A stretch of 64,000 nt of DNA, from the NCBI GenBank assembly GCA_951406725.2, contig OX597815.1, forward strand, positions 33,604,001 through 33,668,000, written 5' to 3'. Position 1 is the stretch's first letter. Each line of letters begins with the position of its first letter. The notes beneath the pieces were generated by a model, which ran no database searches, had not been told where the DNA came from, and worked only from the letters and a program-made list of their open reading frames with translations. Source of the stretch: Octopus vulgaris (lineage: Eukaryota). Below are positions 54,053 through 64,000 of the stretch, in pieces. A program made the position numbers and the translations under genes.

Positions 54053-54659
54053 GTAATTCATATAAGAAAATATGAAATATTTTGTTAGCTCATGAAGTTT
54101 AGTTTATAAAATTACAATTACATTTATACTTAAAAAAATAATATTGTATGCTTGTCATAATTGCAGTAGATCTTTAGAAGATTTTGTTTTGTCTTGTTAT
54201 TTTAATGATCTGACATTCATTCTTTTCATCAGTTAAAGACTAAGATGACTTTGATAGGATTTGATCTCACATCAACAAAACCACTTTGCTACATCATAAA
54301 TTTCCTGTTATTCTTGTATTTGTGGAATGAGTGCCATTATGGTTCATACGTTTTTGCTAAAGTAGATATGACAAGGAGAATTCAGTCCCATTCCTATGGA
54401 TTTACATCTGTGTCAGTAACAGGATATTAACTCATTAACTATAAGTTGAGAATATATCATATTATTCATTCTGCTATGTCTCAATGTCAGTATTTTTAAA
54501 TACCCTCCCCTCCATATACTATTCCATACTTATAGTTATTTTTATTTTGCCAAAATATCAAATCCAGACTGTTTTCCTCATTATGAATCTATAAATTCAT
54601 TGATTTTCAAAAAGATTATGAATTGCTGTTTAAGGTTTAGTGTTTGCACTTCCTTGCAG

Positions 54660-54707
54660 ATCATTTATTTAGTGCAGATTTAGCCACAACAGTTAACAAA
54701 GATTATT
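54660..54707 (+). CDS. candidate 48-nt DIP2 cassette exon
   Basis: TTTGCACTTCCTTGCAG acceptor and GTAAGA donor. Open in phase 1/1 (DHLFSADLATTVNKDY). Confidence 0.45.
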
Positions 54708-55229
54708 GTAAGAATTATGTTAGGAGAAAGTTCAGTGTGTCATTAGAAGGTTCTCAAAAAAGATAAAATTGTTGTTCAAAATATTAAATTTGAAACTGTC
54801 ACTGACACGCCAATATTCCTACTCTTGTTGTTTTCCTATCATAGTTGTGGTTTTATTCCCCACTTTGTGTAAGGTTTAAGTTATAAAATTCATATATTAT
54901 TAAAAAATTATGGTCAGAATTATATTTTTATGATACTCATTAATTTTATAATACGTTAAGTTTATATGATTCCACTTTTCAGAGAAGCTTTAATAATCTG
55001 CTGGTAAATATGGAAGTTGCTATCTTATAATTGATTTGCGAAATTAGTTAGAACTACAATGGTAATAGTCTTGTGTATTACATGGTTTAGCTTTGTGCCA
55101 GTCAAAGTAATGCACCTTCTCTCATATTCAGTCACTTAATCTCTCAAATTTCCCCTAAGTAAGGAAAACCTTGTTGCACATACTTTATGTTAATATTTCT
55201 GTCTTCTCTATCTATTTGTTCATTTCCCA

Positions 55230-55490
55230 TTGATATCAATTCAGTGTCTTGTGTGTGTGTGTTACATGTATATGTGTATGTATACATATATATGTATGTG
55301 TGTATATATATATACATATATATTCTCACATACATACATATATATATACGCACATACACACAATGTGTGTACATTCATATACATGTATATTCATAAACAC
55401 TGTTTGTGTGTGTGTGTGCACGCACACACATACACACACATGTATGTATGTATTCAAACACACATACACACACATACTCATATATATAGT
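55230..55490. repeat. compound TG/TA/CA microsatellite
   Basis: Direct read. Source of several spurious ORFs. Confidence 0.9.
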
Positions 55491-55934
55491 TCTGAATATA
55501 TTTCTCCCCTTGTTTTATGTTGTTTGTTGTTGTTTTATCCTAGGATTATGTTTAAATTCTTTATTTATTGATTGTTTTTTTTTTTTTGAAATGCAAGTTT
55601 GTTTTGTTTTTGTTTGTTTTTTTAAAATCATATACATACATTCATTGTGGTCTCCTTTCTTTTACTTTGCTCCAATTTCAGTAATATTGTCCTTCAGTGT
55701 GTTTATTATTTACATCTAAATTCCCTCTATTTTTGGATGGGCCAACAATTTGAGTATTCCCTTCTTTATGTTCACCCAGGCTTTCTAGCATTAGCTAAAG
55801 GTATCTTTTCATAATAAGCCCTTACATCTGGGCATGAAATGCAAATTTTATTGATGGTTCTATTAATTTCAAAAAATTAATTGAATAGATAAATTAAGAC
55901 TTCAAAAAGTTGTTAGCTTCCAAGGTAAAAACAA

Positions 55935-56047
55935 ATTTATATATATATGTATATATACATATACACACACACACACACATACATAAATACATACATACAC
56001 ATATATGTGTATGTATATGTGTGTATGTATGTATATATGTATATATG

Positions 56048-56080
<33 letters not shown>
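55935..56080. repeat. compound TA/CA/TG microsatellite
   Basis: Direct read. Confidence 0.9.
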
Positions 56081-56257
56081 GCTGTTTCTGAAAGGATTTT
56101 ATAAATCATTCTGAGCAAAACTTTTTAAGGCCATTTCATTATGTAAATAATTGAGCTAAACTTTAAATTTCTGGCCATCCTATCACATGATAACTCTGTA
56201 AAGTGTTTGCGTGTCTCTGTTTGAACACCGTTTTATGGAATGATGAACTTTGGGCAG

Positions 56258-56326
56258 GTAATCTCCCGACCGGATTGAGTGAACTTCAATCTATGGATGA
56301 TGCAGCTATAGTAAACTGGATCATAA
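56258..56326 (+). CDS. candidate 69-nt DIP2 cassette exon (extendable 5' to 56204)
   Basis: GGCAG acceptor and GTAAGA donor. Open in phase 1/1 (GNLPTGLSELQSMDDAAIVNWII). Flanks appear non-repetitive and retain CpGs. Confidence 0.5.
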
Positions 56327-56782
56327 GTAAGACTTATTTCTCCCCTCTCTGAATGTCTGCACGGAAATAATTTCTCTGTCGTGCTCAGGCGAGCCCCTGT
56401 ATTTCATTCTATGACTGACCAAGCATGAGACAAAACAATCTGCTTTTCTTTTTTTTTATTTCTTTGCCCACTCCTTAAAAATTTGAACCTCAGTCTTCTC
56501 TGTGTATAAAAGTTCTACTTTTCCTTATTTTTTCTCTTTTTTCTAATTATATTCTTCTTGACAATCAGTCATTTTCTTATTTTTTCTCTCTTTTTATTTT
56601 TCAAATATCACAATTTAGACAATTTCTCTTGGTTATATTTATTTATTAGGAAAATCAGAAAAAAAAAAAAAAATTAATTGTTAGTTGTTGTTATTATTGT
56701 TGTCACTGCTGTTAGTGTTGTCAACTTGTATTTTGTTTTCTTTTGGTGATAAAAGTGTGTGTGTATATTTTACATATGTGTG

Positions 56783-56813
<31 letters not shown>

Positions 56814-56908
56814 TGCTGCTTCTTGTAAAAATGCTAGTAATTTGATTAGCCTCTACAAATTACCTTATCATTGTCATCATTGTTATTATTTTTTTTCATA
56901 TTACCTAG

Positions 56909-56964
56909 ATTCAAGACATGGCAAAGTATCTGCCAAAATCCAGCAGCTGTTAAACACATTGAAG
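56909..56964 (+). CDS. DIP2: DIP2 homolog internal exon (56 nt, phase 1/0)
   Basis: T-rich tract then CCTAG acceptor, AAG|GTAAAC donor. Reads (D)SRHGKVSAKIQQLLNTLK, matching the DIP2 signature VSAKIQQL(L/V)NTLK. Confidence 0.95.
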
Positions 56965-59109
56965 GTAAACTTCCTTTCCTGTGTTTTAATCTTAGCTTCT
57001 GCTTGACATTATTTGCTGTAATTTTCTGAGCTCTTATATGCATTTATTTCTGTGTTATAGCTTAGATTGTGTTTTATATGTTTGCTTCTATATCTAAATG
57101 CAATTGTTTTAACATTGTTATGTTATCATTATTATATTGGCTACTAGTTCAACTTTATCCTTATCTTCTATTCTTACTCATCGCTCAACCTTGTTTTGAA
57201 ACTTATCTACTTGATCTTTAAATTTAATGAGATATGCTTTTAAAAAAATGTCAATACATTACCTAATTTAGTGTTGTTTAAAAAATGATAGTTTATGAAA
57301 ATATTAGGGAATTTTTTAAAAATTGTTTTTACGTGTAATCTTTCTACTTGAATATTTTAAATGAAATAATAACATGAGCTTATCACCTAGCTTTCATGTT
57401 TCAGGTGTTTGATTTAGATCAGAGATTATTTTTGATCAGGGATGAATAGAGAGCACTAGAATGAGGAAGCTGTATTTATCTATCTAGTTTTGGCTCTTAA
57501 TTTGAAAAATGGCTTGTAATGAGTCTTGTAACTCATCAGCAGTCATATGGTTGTGTGCTGTAGGGAGTAAAATAGTTACTTAAAATTCTGTATTAAGTTG
57601 ATAGTTAAATCAATAGACATAAAAATGTGCACTCTAGAAAAACAATCCATCAACACTAAATTCTATCAGTGTTGAACACTGTTCAATGTTGGTAGTATTC
57701 ATTGCGCAATGGAAACAGCTCAAAGATTTTTCTTGACTCATTCTATCATTATCACTCTACCTTGATATTCTATATCACTTATATATATTCTTTTGCAGCT
57801 AGCTACTAATACCTAGCTCCTTTCTTAACTCACCTGGATTTGCTCTGTGTTGCAAATTTTCACCCTGCATCCTCCAGTGTATATGAACCTTTTATGACTT
57901 TCTGGAGCTGCTCAAAGATTTTATTTTTATTATATTACTCTACAAGATCGCATAAGGCACATCTTTTAGCTGGTTTCTGTACAAAGAACTTGTCATAAAA
58001 AGAGCTCTAAGATGATTTTTATCTTTGTTTGGTGGAGTAAGCTGAAGACAGTATCTTGTAACAATAGCATCTAAATACTAAAGCTGATTCAGTTTAATAT
58101 ATGTATTTAGTCTGTATTATTACTACAATCTAATCTAAGTTTGTAAGACAGTATTGCATCATTGTGCATAGTAACACTGGTAGTATTCATTGCTCAATGT
58201 TTGTTTTTCAAGAATGTACATTGTTATGCCCATTGATTTTACTGTCACCCCAATATAGAATTTCTAATCACTTTGTTACTACCTACACCACACAACTACA
58301 TTGAAATTGATGAAAGTTACAAGATTCATCACTGGCTAAGATTATTCTTATTCTTAGCCATATTTCATTGCAAGACCCCAAAATAGATTGATAAATACTG
58401 TTACTACATTTTATTCTTTATCTCAGTACCCTCTATTTATGTTTTTCTAAAAATTTCTCATCAAAACCAAACACCCAAAACGCAAAAGCTAGGTGATAAA
58501 CCAATGTTTTTTGTTTATTTTTTCATGTTCATATGCATATAATATGAGCTACATTAATCCCAACTATTCATTCCATTTGAGGGTTGAAATGCTTAAGACA
58601 CTTGTCATTTTCAAATTTTAATCATATTTAAAATAACTATTTAAGAAAAAACTAAGACATTTAAGTTTTAACAAAATTAAATGCCATAGAAAAATATACA
58701 CTTTTTATATTAACAACTGAAACTTATTGAAACTTTAAAAAACTAAACAGGTCTTAAAAGCAACATAAATGCTTTTAACTCCTCATGTTTTTGATATTTT
58801 TTGTATACATTTTGTTTTTAAGCTTGACTTTTGAACTTCATTTGTAAACAATACACCATTCTTTTGTTTCCAATACCTTTTATATTTATTGCTTTGGTTT
58901 TTTTTTGTGAAAAAATTCTGACATAACTAAAAAAAATTTTTGGCTTTCACATGCTTGCAATTTACCAACGTGACCAACTTTCCTTTTAAATAATGGTATT
59001 TCACCATAACTTAACTTTAATATAATCATACTAATACATTTAATGATTGCCTTTTGATGTTATACTAAAGTCTTATCTTACCTCAGATACTTATACCTTT
59101 TATTACTAT

Positions 59110-60350
59110 ATCTTTCTTTATGAGGTTCAGCTTCATGAGACCAACTTACACATTTCTTCCCCTATCTTCCATGATCTTCTGTAGGTTCTTTCTTGGAACA
59201 CTTGATACTTCTTTACTATAAATTTCTATATGCATCACATGCCCATACCAACTCAGTTTTCTCTTTTGCACACTACATCTAATTTCTTTTGTACCTTTTT
59301 TTTTTTTTTTTTCATTTGAACCCTATCATTCATGCTCACTAACATTATACATCCATGCTCACTTATTTACTTTCCAGTTTTCGCTCACCCTCCAGATTTT
59401 GTACACTTTTTACTCTATGATACATAGTACTTTGTACACAAGCATCATACAATCTTTCTTTCAATCAGAGAAGGAATCTCTGTCACCAGCAGAATAAAAA
59501 CTTCTTGAACTTTTTACGATGGCATTTTTAGTGTAGCTACTATGTTTCCAGAACACCATCTTCTACTGCTAGCTATTTAAGCAACAAAAGCTCACTTCAG
59601 CTTCTAAGGAACCCTCTATATATTTGAAATGATATATTCTCTGGATGCTCTTCATGCTAACTATTTCTTCACATCTGCTACATACAGAGTTCTTCTGTAT
59701 CATCCTGCCTGTGATCCGACTACATCTCTTGTTCACCAACAGTTTACACTAGGTGCATCATATGGAAACTTAGTTCTTTTTTACGTAACAAGCATGCCCA
59801 TTTTCCAAATGCCAGTAGAATTCTGTTTTCTTCCTTGTTATGAAAACTCTTTGCCAGGTTTATGTAAAGATATCTTGATTTTAGCTCTTGTTTCCATGCT
59901 TGTAATTTCTTCTCTAATACTTTGACAGATTCAGCTGTGAAGTAGGTCACTGACATACAGCAGTTCTCACAGACAACTTGTCCTCAACTCCTCAGTTATG
60001 GTCAGGAGAATTATAATAAACAGAAGGGGATTGAGAGCCATGTCCTGATGGGTACCCACCTACATGCGAAATTTCTTGCCGTATTCATTGCTAGCTTTTC
60101 ATCTTGCTGGCAGTATCTTTGTATGAGCCATTCTTTTATAGTAAGTTTTCTTGGTGACCACCCAACAACAGAGCGTGATAACTTGTCAATGGCCTTCTCC
60201 AGATAAACAAAAACTAGGTGGAGTGCATTGACTGAGTTAAGAGCTTCTCTTTCAAGTTGTCTAACTAGGAACTAGGCTTCAGTGGTACTCCATCTTGGCA
60301 CAAGTCCAAATTGTTTTACATGTTAAGAAGCTCACTTTGTGAAATTTTTT
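59110..60350 (-). mobile_element. degenerate RTE LINE fragment
   Basis: Minus strand near 60310-60255 reads QFGLVPRWSTTEA*FLVRQL. Near 59430-59590 it matches the C-terminal RT segment of 46195-46400. Confidence 0.7.
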
Positions 60351-60469
60351 TCCAGTACATTCATCTATAGCTGCTTGCTTCTTTCTAGAGCATTTCCATT
60401 GCAGTTGCTAATGATACTACAGTAGGTATTAAAAATTTACCCCTTCTTGTATTACCTTATCAACTATGT

Positions 60470-61530
60470 GAGTAACTATATTTTATTGGATAATTTATTT
60501 AGTGTTTGCTAAAATCAAGTGTAGATGAATGGCTTGTGGGAGCTATGCAAGCCATCTACAAACATGCCATCAGTAAGGTGAGCTTTTGCCACAAGTTCAG
60601 AAAAAGTATAGCATGTTCACCAGGGCTTGGTTTTCAGCTCTTATTGTTAAAGTTTTCCTGGCCATAACAGAGAGTTTAAGACTGTATACTAATGGCCTAA
60701 TTCTCATGACTGGATCTGTCAAAGATTAAGAAAAGAAATTATAAACACAGAAGCACAGCCTAGAATTGAAAGGCCTTAAAATAAGCTTAATAAATACAGA
60801 AGCTTAAGTTAGCAAGAAAGAAGACAAAACTTTACTTGTATCTAGGAAGTGGCCAAACTCAAATCCCAGAAAAGTAGTTGGTAGGAACTCCATATGGTTT
60901 TTTTCATGGTTGCACAAGAGGTGTAATGGGATCACAGGCTGGCCAACAGGGAAGGAAGTCTTCATATGTAGCAAATGCAGAAAAATAATTTGCAGTAAGA
61001 GTACCTTTTAAACGGATTCTTTAACAAGCAGTGGAGTAAGTACTTTGTAAACATAGTTCCCAGAGTAAGATTGCATGGAAAAAGTTCAGGGAGCTGTTAG
61101 CTTTACTAGCAATAAGGTGATTTTTCTCTTCAAGTGAAGAATAGATTGCATGAGTCTTACAAAGAACATGAAGTGTATAAAGACTAAAAAAATAAGCTGA
61201 GTTTGCTTCCGCTGAACACCTAAAGTTAAACATAAATGATGGTACATATTTAAGCTAAGAAAAGAATTGGATGGAGTGTGCAGGATAGAAGGCTGCACTG
61301 GTTTAGAGCAATGTAGTCTCCTCTCTTGTAATGTATATCTCTATGCATTATGTATAGAGTATGATAATTGGGTTAAAGAGTATTAAATGACCAAGTGGTA
61401 ACACGAGTAAGAAATGGGAAGAAGTAGTGTTGTCTGATCTAAAGATGATGATGATGATTCACTGTAACAAGTGGTGAGACATTATACTGCTGAAAGTCTG
61501 TCCTACCCATGCAAGCATAGGAAAAATGGG
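60470..61530 (+). mobile_element. degenerate RTE LINE fragment with 3' tail
   Basis: GTAGATGAATGGCTTGTG, GTTCACCAGGG, TGGAAAAAGTTCAGGGAGCTGTTA (WKKFRELL) and tail CCCATGCAAGCATAGGAAAA. Confidence 0.7.
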
Positions 61531-63249
61531 TGTAGGCATGGTTTAATGAGTATAGGTTTGCAGTTTGATTGATTAGTCCAATTCACTTCATGGTTTGGGG
61601 TTCAGTTTCACTGCATGGTGCTTTGGGCAGGTGTTTTCTACTCTAGTCCTAGGATGTCTGAGGCCTTGTGTGTGAATTTGGTTGGTAGAAACTGAATCAT
61701 GTGTATGTACACACATCTGTATGTTAGTTTGCAAATAGGTTTCTCTGAAAATTGCTGAGCCACAAGCATGGGCATTGTTGTCATTTCCTCTGTCAACAAA
61801 TCATCACTATCTTTACATTTTTAGTTTTGTGGATTACAAGATCCTTATTTGAAGATCAAGTAAAGATTAGTGAAAGGAATGGCATATGGCTGTATGTAAT
61901 CCTCAATAATATATTACCCTTGCAAGCATTGAAAAACAGATGTAGCATGAACGGCACTCTCCTCACACACACATTTGCTCTCTCTCATTGGTAGGAAAAG
62001 CATCCAGCCATAGAGACCAATCATTTGATCAAGGTGTGGTTCTTCAACCCATTTGTGTGGATGGGGGCCCCTCAATAAGATCTGTAATAATTGACACCAG
62101 TATTTAAAAAATGGATGTAAAATGATGTATATGTGTGGATGTGTTATGGTCTGTAAGTGTATGTGTGTAGGGGTTGACTTCAGTTAACTTTAACCTTTAT
62201 TTATCCTCATCCTTGTATTATTGTGGTAGATGATGTTTATGGAGTTATTGTTACTCCATTCATTCAATCTATTGAGAGAGTGTGTGGGTCAGAATCTGCT
62301 TCCAGTTTACATACCACTTTTATAATCTATTGGACTGTTGGGTCTTTTAGATGTGGGGGAAAATTTTGTTATTTCAACATTATTTAATCTGTTACGTTTT
62401 TGCTATTTGGTAGATTCTAAATGTTTTCTTTTCATGCCAGTGTTAGTGAGCCATTTCTCCTATATAGAGTTCAGTGGTGTCTCTATACAGCCCTCCCATT
62501 GATCTGTGATGCACTAAATTTCTAGTTTTCTAATTTATGTGTGGTTCACTGGTGCAGAGTCAAGTTGCCAGTACAGAGTTTTTTTCCTAAATATGTTTAA
62601 CTTAATAGAGACTTGACAGATCTGCTTGTTTTTATTTTTATTGTTTTTCTACATTGCCACAGGGATGGGCCCATGTGGAAATATGTTGATGACATTAAAA
62701 CTGTAATCAAAACAATCCCAGTAGATGATAGTCAGGAAATAGAAAAAACAATCTGATGGAGAGTATTCAGTGCAAAAACAAACTCCATCCAGCAGAGCAT
62801 CAAGGGCTTCTTCAACTAACTGTCCTAGCACTCCATCAACAGACCTGCATTTCTAGATATTAAACTATGGCTAGAAACCATATGCAACATAAATCAACTT
62901 TTCCAACATATAACAACAATGCACAGAGAGGCATTGTGACCAGTAGTGTATATCGAGATTGAATAGTCTGGTTGATGCAATGATGTATTATAGCTTACAT
63001 TGCTGGGCACTCCATGTCTGGGTTCTTTTAGCCTGTTCTGTAGCTTGCTTTTTTAATGTCTGTCAGCCATACAGCCACATCAACAAGATGGGTGTGGTTG
63101 TATCCTCTCCAAATATACAGCAACTATTTTATCTTTTTGCTGAGATTTGTTTTTGGTCTCGGCTTTCATCTTGCTTTTAGATACATGGTTTGGTCAATAG
63201 GTATCTGGACTGTTGCCATAGTAATGAAGCTAAAGCATGCAAAGTGAAG

Positions 63250-63550
63250 CCACTTGGTCTAGTTTGACCTTGAACTCTGCTGTGCTTGTACACTGAGTTT
63301 TAATGTTCTAGTTCATTTCTGCTGTTTACAGCAGTGCTTGGAAGGAAGGTGTGTAGTGTGTGATTGTCACATTTACCATGACAGAAAGTTGAGCAGAAAA
63401 TCTGCATCAAATTTTGCCAAAAGCTTGGTGATTATGCAAAGAGGCTTATGCAAAGTTTTCAAAACATTTTCATCATTCTCGACTCAATCAAAGGTTCAGT
63501 ATAACTGTTTTCTTCAAGTAAATTACGAATTTAAAATGTGGTTCGGAGAA
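63250..63550 (+). mobile_element. non-autonomous mariner remnant
   Basis: From ATG at 63378, with a frameshift, reads MTE-VEQKICIKFCQKLGD, the start of a mariner HTH. Confidence 0.6.
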
Positions 63551-64000
63551 AAAAATACCAAGAAATGGAATGGGAATTGACACCCTTACTTCAGCATCAG
63601 TGAAGAGAGTGAAGGCATACTGAGGATTAGCCAGATTTTACTGGCCTATGGGTCATAAAACAACAGACAATGTCACAAAAAATTATTTCTTTAAATGGGA
63701 CTTTTTTCATTGCTTGTGATATGCAGGAATATAGTGTATATACTCTAAAAACCATAATGTATACAGTACACAAACACACACACAAATTATGTATGAATAT
63801 ATATCACTAAGTCCATGTACCACCCAATCTATGCAAGGATGTAAACAAATATTTAAAATCCTCCAAAAAGAAAGGAAAATCCAAACACTGTATGTGCTAC
63901 ATTTTGTTTCAAGCTATAATTTGTATATTTCTGATTCCTAATGAAATACTATTATATTTACCATGTTAAAAACATTTTGTATACTTTTTGAAGTAGCTTA

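Noticed and set aside
55144-56118. Several ORFs of 69-156 aa rich in Y/I/H/T/C/V
   Set aside because: Translations of TA/TG/CA microsatellites.
1-64000. Prokaryotic systems (CRISPR arrays, operons, defence islands) and rRNA
   Set aside because: No regular repeat-spacer arrays or dense coding. The window is eukaryotic intron/exon DNA.

Overview
This is eukaryotic, AT-rich, repeat-dense genomic DNA. The SINE, RTE and microsatellite families look like those of a coleoid cephalopod (Octopus-like); that assignment is an inference. The whole window lies inside one large + strand gene, a disco-interacting protein 2 (DIP2) homolog. Four well-supported coding exons (18119-18256, 34293-34535, 49787-49933, 56909-56964) splice in frame. 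They encode the N-terminal region downstream of the DMAP1-binding domain: EIRTEAVMQAL...PLPSKRTS, PPDVT and KVSAKIQQLLNTLK. The start and the AMP-binding domains lie outside the window. The introns hold decayed mariner, hAT, piggyBac-type, RTE, Tx1/L1-like, HERO-like and Penelope-like elements, several SINE families and microsatellites. Four things merit follow-up. (1) A family of TSD-flanked palindromic elements joins a tRNA-like head to a minimal hammerhead ribozyme, and three more hammerhead motifs lie at 47.6-48.6 kb. (2) Several candidate frame-preserving cassette exons and microexons, a dual-specificity splice site, recursive-splice-like AG|GT sites and Quaking-type motifs fall in the DIP2 linker region. 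(3) A 182-bp duplication flanks a Tx1-like insertion. (4) Long intronic hairpins could be ADAR substrates. Most ORFs in the supplied track are spurious.
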